From positions 1 to 39,157 of IMG/VR virus record IMGVR_UViG_3300033153_006964: 39,157 bases of DNA; one strand, written 5' to 3'. This DNA comes from a virus (lineage: Duplodnaviria > Caudoviricetes). The notes under the pieces were generated by a model. That model was not told the origin of the DNA. It saw nothing but the letters and a program-made list of their open reading frames with translations, and searched no databases. A program made the translations under genes and the position numbers. Of the stretch, positions 16,254-25,890 are shown piece by piece. Position 1 is the stretch's first letter. Every line of letters begins with the position of its first letter.

Positions 16254-19200
16254 ATGTCAGACATTGACTTAACCAAGAAAGCAGAGCCCGCAGATGGTGA
16301 TTGTCCAGCAGGATCATTAATCGTTTGGGCCGATGATACCGACGATACATTAAAATCTAAAGATGGTGATACTAAAGAAGTATTATCTTATGGTGATACC
16401 AAGAAGCTTCTTGTAAGCAGCGACGACACCACTGAGAACTATCTCGAAAATAAAATCTCGGCAGGAACCAACATATCCATTGCAACAACGAGCCCCGGGG
16501 GTGATGAGACAGTTGAAATAAGCACAAACATTACTGACGTTGACTATGCCATTGTAAACATAACAAATAAGATTGGTGATCCGTCTCACATTGACACGCT
16601 TGATGAAGTACTAAACCACCACTGGAGTGCGGGGGTTGTCCATGATTGTGATATAAGCGATAACTCAGATGGCTCCGTCGCTACAGGTAGTGGTTACGCG
16701 ATGCTAAGACCAGCAGCAAGTCCACACGCGACATTAACCTCCGTCGAGGTAAGCGCACAAACACCAATAAGTTTAACGAATAATTCCACAAACTATATAT
16801 ACCTTGACTACAACTCAGGATCACCACAGTTCGTAGCTTCAACATCACAAGCAAGTTTTAATTGCCTTGATAAATGTTTAACTTATATTGTTCATAGAGA
16901 AGATAACGACTTAGATATTATTAATGTTTCAGAACAGACCGTTGATGGGAATAGAAAAACAAGAGTAAGGTGGCTCAATACTCTAAGGTTCGCTCACTCA
17001 GAGGGTGGATCAATTTTAGGAGAATCAGGAACGAGGAATGTCACGCTAACGGCAGGGGCTTTCTGGTTTATGCTGACAGAAATAGACCACACTGCATTTG
17101 ATACGAGCGCTGCAGATACGTTCACGTATTACTATCATGTATCTGGTGTAATGACGGCAACCGCAAGTCAAACACAAATAAATAATACCCAATATGATTC
17201 TGGTACGGACATGATTACAATGACTAACAATCGTTATAGGGTGGATGATGTATACATAATTAACAATGAGCCGAGTTCCCTTGCAATCATAGCGGGACAA
17301 GCAGAGTATGCTTCACTATCAGGAGCGCAGGCAGCAGATCTTGCGCCGATAACTCACCCTAGAATTACCGGGATGGGCTCTTTAGTTGGGAGGATAATTA
17401 TTCTGAGAGACGCAGCATCATTTGCTGATGTATTAAGCGCCTTCGAGCAAGTATTCTCAGGATCAACACCATCGAATCATGAAAACTTAGCAGGGCTACT
17501 GGGTGGGGCTGCTGCAGATCACTTTCATTTAACAACAGCACAACATACAATCGCAACGCAACCTGCAACCGGGTCTGTTGATGGATACACAACAACATCT
17601 GCACAGACATTTGCTGGTAACAAAACATTTAACGACTCTCTTGGTATTGGTGTAACTCCTACTCACCAATTTCATACACTACTTACAAGCGAAGACAATT
17701 TCTTTATAGATGGTAGAAGTAGTTTGCGCAACATCACACTGGGAGCTATAAGGCAATCTCATTCTCCACAAATACCAGGAACAAGAGCATATCATTTTGA
17801 CATTAGAAGCAACGGTCAAGATGATACAAGAGCGATTGTCATTAGGCATGACCTAGAGGGTGGGACTGAAACCATTAGACCTAAGTGTATGTCATTATCT
17901 GCAGAGGTGACTGGCGCAACGAATTACCACTTCAATATGATTGAATTTGATAAGTCAGGAGATGTTGACGCATCGGCGGCTATAGATGCCATAGAAATAA
18001 GAGGTGGGATAAACCCAATACATCATCTTTCAGGAACACCAGATAATATAGAGAGTGCATTTAAAGAAGATAGTGGCTTCACAGACGTCACAGGTGCTTT
18101 TGCGTCCAGCGGCTCCAACGTCGCCTTGTTCGAAAACGATAATTCGTATATTTACATCGGGCAAGCAGTACAATACGAGGCTATAGAAATCAATCTCGGA
18201 ACCGTTGCGTCCGGCGCGGGAATAGTTCCAGTGTTTGAATACAGTCAAGGATCATCTGTATGGGAAACAGTGGCCATGTCAGATGGAACAAATGGCCTGA
18301 GAGAGTCAGGCGATCTGGTTTTTGAACCACCAACTCTATGGGCCGTTGACACAGTAAACTCTGTTAGCAACAAGTACTGGATTCGGATTCAACGAACAGC
18401 CGATACATTAGCAACTGCACCGATTGAGAGTACAATCAAGGTAATTTCCCCAGATACTTATGGGTGGGATTTAGACGGCGAGGTTGTCGTTAGAAATGTT
18501 ATATCGAATGGGACTGAATCAAGTTCATTTGGTGGTGATGTTACAATTTCAGGATCAACCGGAATGGGCGTGACTCCTACTCATCATGTACATGTAGAGT
18601 TGCCGGGTGATGACAATGTCTATATTGATGGAACTACACCGAGAACAATAACTAGCGGAGCTATAAAGCAAGATCAAATAGCTGGAACCGATGGAACCAG
18701 AGCTTACTTTATAGACGTTGACTCTAACGGTTTTGACAATGCAAGAGGAATACAAATCAATCACGCCCTTAATGAGAGCACAGCAGATATAAGCCCAACA
18801 AATCTATTGTTGACAGCAGAGGTAAATAACACAGAAAACGCACATGTTCACATGATAGCCTGTACCAAGACTGGTGCAGTTGGGAGTGGAACAGAGATTG
18901 AAGCAATTGAGGTTGGGCTAGGGATTAACCCATTACTGCAAGAGTCAGGATCAATTAGCTCTGCTGATAAAGCTTGGGTGTATGATGGATCATACACAGA
19001 TCGAACAACTGAATTTGGCACATCAGTAAGTAACGTAGAGATCCTAAGTAATGATTTAGATTATATATATGTCTCAAGCTCTTCGGGTACATTTAATTTA
19101 ATTGAGGTAATCCTAGATGTCGTAGCCAGTGAAAACATTTTACCAGTTTTCCAATACTCCCAAGGATCATCTAGCTGGAACACGGTTTCTGTTGCAGATC

Positions 19201-20177
19201 AAACTTCTGGATTTACTTCCAGTGGAATTATCGACATAAGCGATGTGCCGGGTGACTGGGATACTGACACAGTAAACGGCACAGCAGGTTATTGGATACG
19301 TATACAGCGAACCGCTGACACAGTAACAACACCGCCAACAGAACTTACAATTCGCATATCATCGCCAACAGAATTTTTCTGGAATAGCGATGGCGACGTC
19401 TATGTAAACACGCTCACAACTGAATCAACTGTGAACGTAGGTGATCCTGGATTTGAAACATCCGGTGTTAATATAAACGGCACATCTAAGGCAGCAGCAT
19501 TTCGGGTGAACGATTTCGCAGCAGTGTCCCCGTTGATGGCGGTTATTCACAGACACTCAACCACAGAAGAAGCCTCTATCATGTGCATAAGGTCGAAAAG
19601 TGATACAGCATCCCACGGAGCAGTTACAAACGACGATTGCATAATGTCGATAACAGGTGCTGGGTGGACTGGATCGCACTACGATGAATGTGCTAAAATA
19701 GAATTTTGCATAGATTCAACAGGAACCGTTTCAAGCACGAGCTCTCCCGGCAAAATTAGTCTGAAAACAACGCCTGATTCATCAAATACACCAGTAGAAA
19801 GAATGGCAATAGATAGCGTGGGTGATGCTACTTTTGAAAAAAGTGTCGCTGTAAATGGCCAGGCATATTCACTGACAAACACCTTATCAGATGCCGCAAC
19901 AATAGCAACTGACTGCAGCCTTGGAAATGTTCACGAGGTTACAATAACAGCAAATCGAACACTCGGAGCACCGACAAATCTAGTCGATGGCTCAACTTAT
20001 ATTTGGAGAATAATACAAGATGGATCGGGTGGGCATACACTTGCGTTTAACGCCGTGTTTGACTTTGGGGATGCCGGAGCACCAACTATATCATCTGGCA
20101 TAGATAAAATAAGCTATATAACTGGAATATCAGATGGAACAAACATTCATGTCGCTGCGGCACTGGGGTTTAATTAA
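16254..20177 (+). CDS. Large fibre/adhesin-like structural protein with internal ~306-aa duplication
   Basis: 1307 aa, S/T/G/D-rich. QTFAGNKTF fibre motif, two repeats GxGVTPTH...YWIRIQRTADT, C-terminal adaptor-like ANRTLGAPTNL...IIQDGSGGHTL. Confidence 0.7.
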   Translation: MSDIDLTKKAEPADGDCPAGSLIVWADDTDDTLKSKDGDTKEVLSYGDTKKLLVSSDDTTENYLENKISAGTNISIATTSPGGDETVEISTNITDVDYAIVNITNKIGDPSHIDTLDEVLNHHWSAGVVHDCDISDNSDGSVATGSGYAMLRPAASPHATLTSVEVSAQTPISLTNNSTNYIYLDYNSGSPQFVASTSQASFNCLDKCLTYIVHREDNDLDIINVSEQTVDGNRKTRVRWLNTLRFAHSEGGSILGESGTRNVTLTAGAFWFMLTEIDHTAFDTSAADTFTYYYHVSGVMTATASQTQINNTQYDSGTDMITMTNNRYRVDDVYIINNEPSSLAIIAGQAEYASLSGAQAADLAPITHPRITGMGSLVGRIIILRDAASFADVLSAFEQVFSGSTPSNHENLAGLLGGAAADHFHLTTAQHTIATQPATGSVDGYTTTSAQTFAGNKTFNDSLGIGVTPTHQFHTLLTSEDNFFIDGRSSLRNITLGAIRQSHSPQIPGTRAYHFDIRSNGQDDTRAIVIRHDLEGGTETIRPKCMSLSAEVTGATNYHFNMIEFDKSGDVDASAAIDAIEIRGGINPIHHLSGTPDNIESAFKEDSGFTDVTGAFASSGSNVALFENDNSYIYIGQAVQYEAIEINLGTVASGAGIVPVFEYSQGSSVWETVAMSDGTNGLRESGDLVFEPPTLWAVDTVNSVSNKYWIRIQRTADTLATAPIESTIKVISPDTYGWDLDGEVVVRNVISNGTESSSFGGDVTISGSTGMGVTPTHHVHVELPGDDNVYIDGTTPRTITSGAIKQDQIAGTDGTRAYFIDVDSNGFDNARGIQINHALNESTADISPTNLLLTAEVNNTENAHVHMIACTKTGAVGSGTEIEAIEVGLGINPLLQESGSISSADKAWVYDGSYTDRTTEFGTSVSNVEILSNDLDYIYVSSSSGTFNLIEVILDVVASENILPVFQYSQGSSSWNTVSVADQTSGFTSSGIIDISDVPGDWDTDTVNGTAGYWIRIQRTADTVTTPPTELTIRISSPTEFFWNSDGDVYVNTLTTESTVNVGDPGFETSGVNINGTSKAAAFRVNDFAAVSPLMAVIHRHSTTEEASIMCIRSKSDTASHGAVTNDDCIMSITGAGWTGSHYDECAKIEFCIDSTGTVSSTSSPGKISLKTTPDSSNTPVERMAIDSVGDATFEKSVAVNGQAYSLTNTLSDAATIATDCSLGNVHEVTITANRTLGAPTNLVDGSTYIWRIIQDGSGGHTLAFNAVFDFGDAGAPTISSGIDKISYITGISDGTNIHVAAALGFN

Positions 20178-20905
20178 TGTTTACTTTTCCTTTTGCCCTG
20201 CAGAGTGGGGTTGCCTTTATTAATGAGTTCAGTATGGATTTTGACGGTTCAGATGAATACGTTGATTGTGGAAGCATTGCTGATTTTGATTATCAAGATC
20301 CGTTCTCCCTTGCTGCGTGGGTTAAACTAACAGCAAATAGCTTCCATGCGATACTGTCAAAACAGTCAGTAAAGGTTGGATCAACCTCTAGGGGGTGGGT
20401 GTTTTATTTTGATGGAGGTAAGTTGAAATTAATTCACAGAAACGCAATAGGCAACGAGGCGTGGATTGAATCTCAATCGACCTACAATGATGGAGATTGG
20501 CATTTTGTTGTTGCCACATATGATGGAAGCGAAAGCGCTGCAACGGGCATGAAGATATATGTTGACGGAAGCTCTGTTGTAACAACAACAATAGAAGATA
20601 CTTTATCAGCAACAACTCAAATTGGAATAAACTGCAAAATAGGGGTAAGGGACACAAATTTGTACTTTGATGGGAAGATTGACGAGCCCGCAATTTATGA
20701 CAGAGAGTTGTCGTCAGGAGACGTCACAGCACTATATAGCGACACCGTGCCCAAAGATATTAGCACGACAAGCCCTTATGCGTGGTGGAGATTTACACAA
20801 GCAGACAAAGACGGATTTGCAACAATACTAGACCATTCTGGAAATGCAAGAAATGGAACGGCAGTGAATATGGAAAGTTCCGATATAAATGTGGATGTTC
20901 CTTAA
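20177..20905 (+). CDS. LamG / concanavalin A-like lectin domain protein
   Basis: FDGSDEYV, FSLAAWVK, DGDWHFVVATYDG, KIYVDG, FDGKIDEPAIYDRELS. Confidence 0.9.
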   Translation: MFTFPFALQSGVAFINEFSMDFDGSDEYVDCGSIADFDYQDPFSLAAWVKLTANSFHAILSKQSVKVGSTSRGWVFYFDGGKLKLIHRNAIGNEAWIESQSTYNDGDWHFVVATYDGSESAATGMKIYVDGSSVVTTTIEDTLSATTQIGINCKIGVRDTNLYFDGKIDEPAIYDRELSSGDVTALYSDTVPKDISTTSPYAWWRFTQADKDGFATILDHSGNARNGTAVNMESSDINVDVP

Positions 20906-20933
20906 AATAAATACAACAACAAGGATGTAAAAT

Positions 20934-22136
20934 ATGTCAATTTCAGAACCAACAGCAATAGCAATGACTACAGTTTTTGGATATGTATTCGACGATGATG
21001 GTGTCACGCCAATTGAAAATGCTTCAGTTAGGTTTTTATCTAAGTCTTTCATGATTGACGATAATTTAATAAGAATCAATGAAACAGTATTGTCAGATGT
21101 GGACGGTTTATATCAAGCAAGCTTACCCCAAACATCTCCGATAGGTGCTATTGTGAATGTTGAAATTTCCTGGACGGATTCAGACGGTGGCGTTCATGGC
21201 AGAAAAGAAACAATTGCAGTTGGGACAAGCTCGCCTGTTAGTGTTCAAGAATCAAGGGTAGTAACTGTCGGTTCCGCTGTTGTTGGTGCCTCTGGCGGCG
21301 ACGTTGTGGGCCCGGTAGGCGCAACAAATAATGCGTTAGCAAGATTTGACCTGGGCACTGGAAAGCTAATCAAAAACACTGGTGCGATACTGGATAATTC
21401 CAATAATTTATCTGGAATTGGGGACATCGCACTATCAGGAACAGTAGATGGAAGAAATGTCTCTGCCGATGGTACCGCCATAGATTTAAATACAGCAAAA
21501 GATACAAACGCAACGCATACTGGAGAAATAACAGGTGAAACGGCTTTAACGCTAGATAAAACCGCAATTTCAAATAAAGACGTTGTTACGGTTGATGATG
21601 CTGATTATATTTTAATAGAAGACAGCTCTGATGATAGTAATTTGAAAAAAGTACTGGCCTCAGATTTTGGTGGAGGCGGTGGTGGCACTGCCGTAGAGAT
21701 TGCGTACCTCAAAGACGTCCAAGCGAGCGGGGTTGATGGCGGCGATTTTACACAAAATGCATGGCAAACCAGAGTCCTGGGTGTAACATCTGGAGATACT
21801 GGCATCGTGAGTTTATCAACTAATCAATTTACACTACAAGCTGGCACTTATCACATTGAAGCAAGCGCCCCTGCTTATGGTGTAAACCAGCACAAATGTA
21901 AATTGCGAAATATTACCGATTCCACTGATGACATAATTGGATCATCAGAGCAACCAAGTTCCGGGGGTATATCCACTTGCAGTTTCTTGTCCGGGGCGAT
22001 AGTGTTAGCTGGAGAGAAAATTTTTGAACTTCAACACAGGTGCTTAAGCACTAGAAACGGTAATGGGTTTGGTAAAAAATCAACCTTTGGCGTTGATGAG
22101 GTTTATTCGCAGGTAAAAATAACAAAATTATCATAA
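20934..22136 (+). CDS. Fibre-like structural protein with C-terminal beta-sandwich (C1q/TNF-like) head
   Basis: GDVVGPVGATNNALARFDLGTGKLIK fibre motif, Gly hinge, NQFTLQAGTYHIEA. Confidence 0.6.
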   Translation: MSISEPTAIAMTTVFGYVFDDDGVTPIENASVRFLSKSFMIDDNLIRINETVLSDVDGLYQASLPQTSPIGAIVNVEISWTDSDGGVHGRKETIAVGTSSPVSVQESRVVTVGSAVVGASGGDVVGPVGATNNALARFDLGTGKLIKNTGAILDNSNNLSGIGDIALSGTVDGRNVSADGTAIDLNTAKDTNATHTGEITGETALTLDKTAISNKDVVTVDDADYILIEDSSDDSNLKKVLASDFGGGGGGTAVEIAYLKDVQASGVDGGDFTQNAWQTRVLGVTSGDTGIVSLSTNQFTLQAGTYHIEASAPAYGVNQHKCKLRNITDSTDDIIGSSEQPSSGGISTCSFLSGAIVLAGEKIFELQHRCLSTRNGNGFGKKSTFGVDEVYSQVKITKLS

Positions 22137-22154
22137 AGTACAAGGGCAGCAATA

Positions 22155-23000
22155 ATGGCCAATATTAAGAAGCAAATTACTAAATCGAAAGAGGCAATTC
22201 AAGACGTGATGCAAATGAATCTGGCATTAATTGCTGAGTCGATAATTGCGAAAGTTATTGGTAAGGCCAAGAGATTAACACCATCTCAAATGGGTAATGC
22301 AATAAAAGACATTTCTCCAAGCGGGATTAATGCCTATAAATCAGACTTAAAAGCAGCACTGGCCGTAGTTTCATCAGACGCATTGGATCAAGCAAGAACT
22401 GAAGTACCGGCCGCAAAATCTGTTAAGCTTATGGAGAATGAAGAGCGTCTTTTGTTTGGGGAATTTGAAAATCTACCACCCAAGGTTAGGAAGAGAATAA
22501 ACGACGCAAATCAATTATTAATAGGTACTCAAATTGCTGACTTAGAAAAAACATTATTCTTTCAGTTTAACTCAAGTTCATCGGCCGAAAAGCCAATCAA
22601 AGAAATTGAATCAGACATGAATGAAAAGGCTGAAAAATACATTACAGGCAGTTCAATTCAAGCTGGATCTGGCGTTATCGCCGCAACGACAGTAAATGAT
22701 GCTAGGAATGCTTTCTTTTTTGAGCCGGAAGTTCTTGAAGAAATAGCGGCTTTTCAGTTTATGAATGAAGCTCCTGTGTCAGCAATATGCAAAGACCTGG
22801 CAGGGGCAATATTCCCAACAAGCGATCCGAACGCATTCAGATTCACCCCTCCATTGCACTATAATTGCAAATCATGGATTAGACCGATATTAAAACTTAG
22901 TAAAAATATGAATGTTGAAAGGCTAAAACCATCAACCAGAGAGATTGAAGACACCATTCAATTTACCGAATCTATGGTTAGTTGCTCTTGCTGTTCTTAA
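22155..23000 (+). CDS. Head morphogenesis protein (Mu gpF / SPP1 gp7 family)
   Basis: C-terminal SAICKDLAG...PPLHYNCKS motif. Confidence 0.85.
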   Translation: MANIKKQITKSKEAIQDVMQMNLALIAESIIAKVIGKAKRLTPSQMGNAIKDISPSGINAYKSDLKAALAVVSSDALDQARTEVPAAKSVKLMENEERLLFGEFENLPPKVRKRINDANQLLIGTQIADLEKTLFFQFNSSSSAEKPIKEIESDMNEKAEKYITGSSIQAGSGVIAATTVNDARNAFFFEPEVLEEIAAFQFMNEAPVSAICKDLAGAIFPTSDPNAFRFTPPLHYNCKSWIRPILKLSKNMNVERLKPSTREIEDTIQFTESMVSCSCCS

Positions 23001-23207
23001 TCAAGAATAAAGTTCTCTATATCTGCGCTCTAATTCGCTAATTAAATAACAAAGTTCAAGCTCATTTATGTTTTCTGATATGTATGTGGCCAATTTCTCT
23101 TGTCCATCATCTAAATAGCAAGCAATAACAAACTTACTAGAGCAATAATCTCTGTTAAATATTCTTTCCAATGATCCGATTGAGTCTAAGTCAATTATTT
23201 CTGCCAT
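23001..23207 (-). CDS. Hypothetical protein (antisense to late genes)
   Basis: Fills the gap between gpF and the protease. AGGA RBS within the upstream ORF. Confidence 0.6.
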   Translation of the reverse strand: MAEIIDLDSIGSLERIFNRDYCSSKFVIACYLDDGQEKLATYISENINELELCYLISELERRYRELYS

Positions 23208-23343
23208 TTTTTCTATCCTGAATACACTTAATTACTTTCTGTAAATTCTTAGCTAAAACCCTGTCATTATTTTCTATGGCATTCTTTAATTGATCTTCTA
23301 AATTTTTTAATGATGCAACGTGTTCTTTTGTTTGCTTTGCCAT
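23191..23343 (-). CDS. Small helical hypothetical protein (50 aa, antisense to late genes)
   Basis: ATG 23343, MAKQTKEHVASLKNLEDQLKNAIENNDRVLAKNLQ. Confidence 0.55.
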   Translation of the reverse strand: MAKQTKEHVASLKNLEDQLKNAIENNDRVLAKNLQKVIKCIQDRKNGRNN

Positions 23344-23370
23344 AATTAAAAATATCATTAAAAATATGGT

Positions 23371-23398
23371 TTGACATAACATTTTAATAAACTACCAT
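23371..23398 (+). promoter_or_regulatory. Putative sigma70 promoter for the protease/capsid operon, probably leaderless
   Basis: TTGACA-16 nt-TACCAT, ATG 7 nt downstream, no SD. Confidence 0.5.
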
Positions 23399-23405
23399 TT
23401 AAGTA

Positions 23406-24422
23406 ATGAAGAACTTTAGGGCAACCCCAATTAAATTAAGTGAAAACATCTTTATCAATGCTGAGGATGGCGTTTCTAATGATATTCAAATACTAAGAGT
23501 TGGGACTTTTTTTCATGAGGGCCAAATTGTAGAGGTCAAGAAAAAAGATCTAGTCAGCATGATTAGAAACTTTTCAGAAGGAATTAGAGGCATTGATTTA
23601 ATGCTTGACTATTCTCATGAGTCAGAAAAAGAAGCTGCAGCATGGTTTGAAGAATTATACCTATCAGAAGATGAAAAAGAGCTGTGGGCCAAGGTTGATT
23701 GGACTGATGATGGTGCAGATTCCGTTAGAAAGAAAAAATACAGATATATTTCGGCAGATTTTAACTTTGCATATAAAGACAATGAAACCTTAAAAGATCA
23801 CGGGCCGACTCTCCTAGGTGCAGGTTTGACAAATCGCCCAGTAATTAAGAAAATGAATCCAACGATACTATCTGAGAACAACTTAAACAAGGATAACGAA
23901 ATGAATCTTGAAGAAATGAAAAAAGAAATGGAAGAGCTTAAGAAGAAAAATAAAGAGCTTTCTGAGCAACTTGCTGACAAGAACGAAGATGATAAGTCTA
24001 AAGAATTATCAGAAAAAGAAGATGCTCTTGTTAAGCGCGAAGAAGCCGTAAAGCTTTCTGAAGAAAAGATTGAGCAAGATAAAAAAGATGTTGAAAAGAA
24101 AACTGAGTTTGACACAATGTTATCTGAAGGTAAGGCCGTTGAAGCTCAGCGTGATGCTTTTATGAAAAGCGATATGTCAGAATTCATTAAAAACGCTGTA
24201 AAAGCCTCTGATATTAACCTTTCTGAAAAAGGTAACGGAAATCCTGGAAACGATGACAAGAAAAATACTTTTGAAGATTCTGAAACTCCAGCTCAAGACG
24301 AAGTTATCGATTTGGCTGAGAAAAAAGTTGAAACTGATAAGATTGAAATTAAAGAAGCAATCGATATCGTTTTATCAGAAAACTCTGAGTTAAAAGTAAA
24401 ATATGAAAAAGAAGTTGAATAA
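23406..24422 (+). CDS. Mu gpI-like prohead protease / scaffold
   Basis: LDYSHE...AAAWF, LWAKVDWT, KYRYISADF, GAGLTNRP, and a C-terminal charged coiled coil. Confidence 0.9.
   Translation: MKNFRATPIKLSENIFINAEDGVSNDIQILRVGTFFHEGQIVEVKKKDLVSMIRNFSEGIRGIDLMLDYSHESEKEAAAWFEELYLSEDEKELWAKVDWTDDGADSVRKKKYRYISADFNFAYKDNETLKDHGPTLLGAGLTNRPVIKKMNPTILSENNLNKDNEMNLEEMKKEMEELKKKNKELSEQLADKNEDDKSKELSEKEDALVKREEAVKLSEEKIEQDKKDVEKKTEFDTMLSEGKAVEAQRDAFMKSDMSEFIKNAVKASDINLSEKGNGNPGNDDKKNTFEDSETPAQDEVIDLAEKKVETDKIEIKEAIDIVLSENSELKVKYEKEVE
23901..24422 (+). CDS. Putative internally initiated scaffold protein (Mu gpZ-like)
   Basis: In-frame ATG 23901 with AAGGA 7 nt upstream, at the start of the coiled-coil region. 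Confidence 0.5.
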   Translation: MNLEEMKKEMEELKKKNKELSEQLADKNEDDKSKELSEKEDALVKREEAVKLSEEKIEQDKKDVEKKTEFDTMLSEGKAVEAQRDAFMKSDMSEFIKNAVKASDINLSEKGNGNPGNDDKKNTFEDSETPAQDEVIDLAEKKVETDKIEIKEAIDIVLSENSELKVKYEKEVE

Positions 24423-24488
24423 TATTTGATTTATTAGAAAATATTATTAATAATTAATTGAAGTAAAAAAATAACAAAGGACAATAAA

Positions 24489-24875
24489 ATGGCAGTAAAT
24501 TCGAAATCAAGATCAAGAACTTTTAAGGCCGAGGGAACTATTAGACCTTACAGATGCGTTAAATGGGGAACTGATAATGATCAAATGTTAGAATGCGATG
24601 CTAACGAGAAAGGCATGGGGATATATCAAGGCGAAGACACACTTTCAGCAGGTGATTTTGGTGATGTTGCTATCCAAGGTGGTGGTGCTTTACTTGAAAT
24701 TTCAGAAACTGTTGCTAAGGGTAAGTTTTTAACCCCAACTGCAGACGGTATCGGTGAAGTTGTTGATGCGGCTGGAGAGTATTACAATGCAATCGCTCAA
24801 GAGAACGGCGTATCAGGTGACATTATAGGTGTTGAAGTAATTGGTGTGACAGAAGCACATTCTTCAGACGCATAA
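24489..24875 (+). CDS. Capsid cement/decoration protein (DUF2190-like)
   Basis: 128-aa Gly-rich protein between protease and capsid, VAKGKFLTPTADG...GDIIGV. Confidence 0.7.
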   Translation: MAVNSKSRSRTFKAEGTIRPYRCVKWGTDNDQMLECDANEKGMGIYQGEDTLSAGDFGDVAIQGGGALLEISETVAKGKFLTPTADGIGEVVDAAGEYYNAIAQENGVSGDIIGVEVIGVTEAHSSDA

Positions 24876-24913
24876 TAAATAATAATAAGTAAACTTTTTC
24901 AAGGATGAGTTAA

Positions 24914-25849
24914 ATGAGCCAACAAAAAGCAATTATCGATAAACTTTTAACGAATGTATCAAGTGCATATATTCCTGAAGGTTTTATTTCAGAATCAATT
25001 TTCCCAGAAGTTATGTCAATGCAAAAAACTGGTAAACTTGCAAAATACGGAACTGACCACCTAAGACTAGAGCAAACCGTTATTGGTGGTGAGGGTGAGT
25101 ATAGCAGGATTAGAACAATAGTTAGAAGCAATACAAGTTACTCAATCGAGGGACATGGGTTGCAATCTATTGTCACCGAGGACGATTATCAAAATTCTGA
25201 AAAACCGTACGATGCAGAAGCTGATGAGACAATGGGAATCACTTCAACTTTAATGGTTGGAAAAGAGAAGGGACTTGCAGATGTTTTAGCCGACACAGCG
25301 ATCTTAACTCAAAACACAACTTTAAGTGGAACTTCTCAGTGGAATGATTACGGAAATTCAGATCCAGTAGATGATTTTATCACTGCTAGACAAGCTGTAA
25401 AAGATGGTTGTGGATTCGCTCCAGATCTAGCTATTATGGGTTGGGATGTTGCCGAGAGACTTAGATATCATCCAGGTCTTTTAGATGCATTAGGATTTAA
25501 AGACAATCGTCCAGGTGGATTAAACGATAAAGAACTCGCAAGTGTTCTTCAGGTTAAAAGAGTTTTAATCGGATCAGCTTCTTACGAATCTGCAAAGAAA
25601 GGTCAATCAAGCTCACTAGCTTCAATCTGGGGAAAACATTTAATTTTCGCTAAGATGCCAGCTAAAGCTATGAAGTACCAAGTATCTTTAGGATACTGCT
25701 TTAAATTAAAAAATAGAAAGCCTAGAAGAGTATTTAAGTGGGCAGTTAATAATCCACCAAATGCAAAGGCAATCCTAGTTGATGATCACTATGACTTTGT
25801 TATTACAAATGTCGGCGCAGGTTATTTAATTAAAGACGCAATAGCATAA
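24914..25849 (+). CDS. Major capsid protein
   Basis: 311 aa at the expected position. DKLLTNVSSAY, FISESIFPEV, QWNDYGNSDP and C-terminal GYLIKDAIA. Terminator follows. Confidence 0.88.
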   Translation: MSQQKAIIDKLLTNVSSAYIPEGFISESIFPEVMSMQKTGKLAKYGTDHLRLEQTVIGGEGEYSRIRTIVRSNTSYSIEGHGLQSIVTEDDYQNSEKPYDAEADETMGITSTLMVGKEKGLADVLADTAILTQNTTLSGTSQWNDYGNSDPVDDFITARQAVKDGCGFAPDLAIMGWDVAERLRYHPGLLDALGFKDNRPGGLNDKELASVLQVKRVLIGSASYESAKKGQSSSLASIWGKHLIFAKMPAKAMKYQVSLGYCFKLKNRKPRRVFKWAVNNPPNAKAILVDDHYDFVITNVGAGYLIKDAIA

Positions 25850-25850
25850 T

Positions 25851-25876
25851 AAAGGGGCCATGAGCCCTTTTTCTTT
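25851..25876 (+). terminator. Intrinsic terminator after the capsid gene
   Basis: AAAGGGGC-CATGA-GCCCTTTT followed by a T-rich tract. Confidence 0.75.
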
Positions 25877-25890
25877 ATAAAGGAAGTAAA

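Noticed and set aside
17643-19420. Diversity-generating retroelement TR/VR pair
   Set aside because: The repeats are in-frame protein duplications with differences at all bases, not adenine-specific, and no reverse transcriptase is present.
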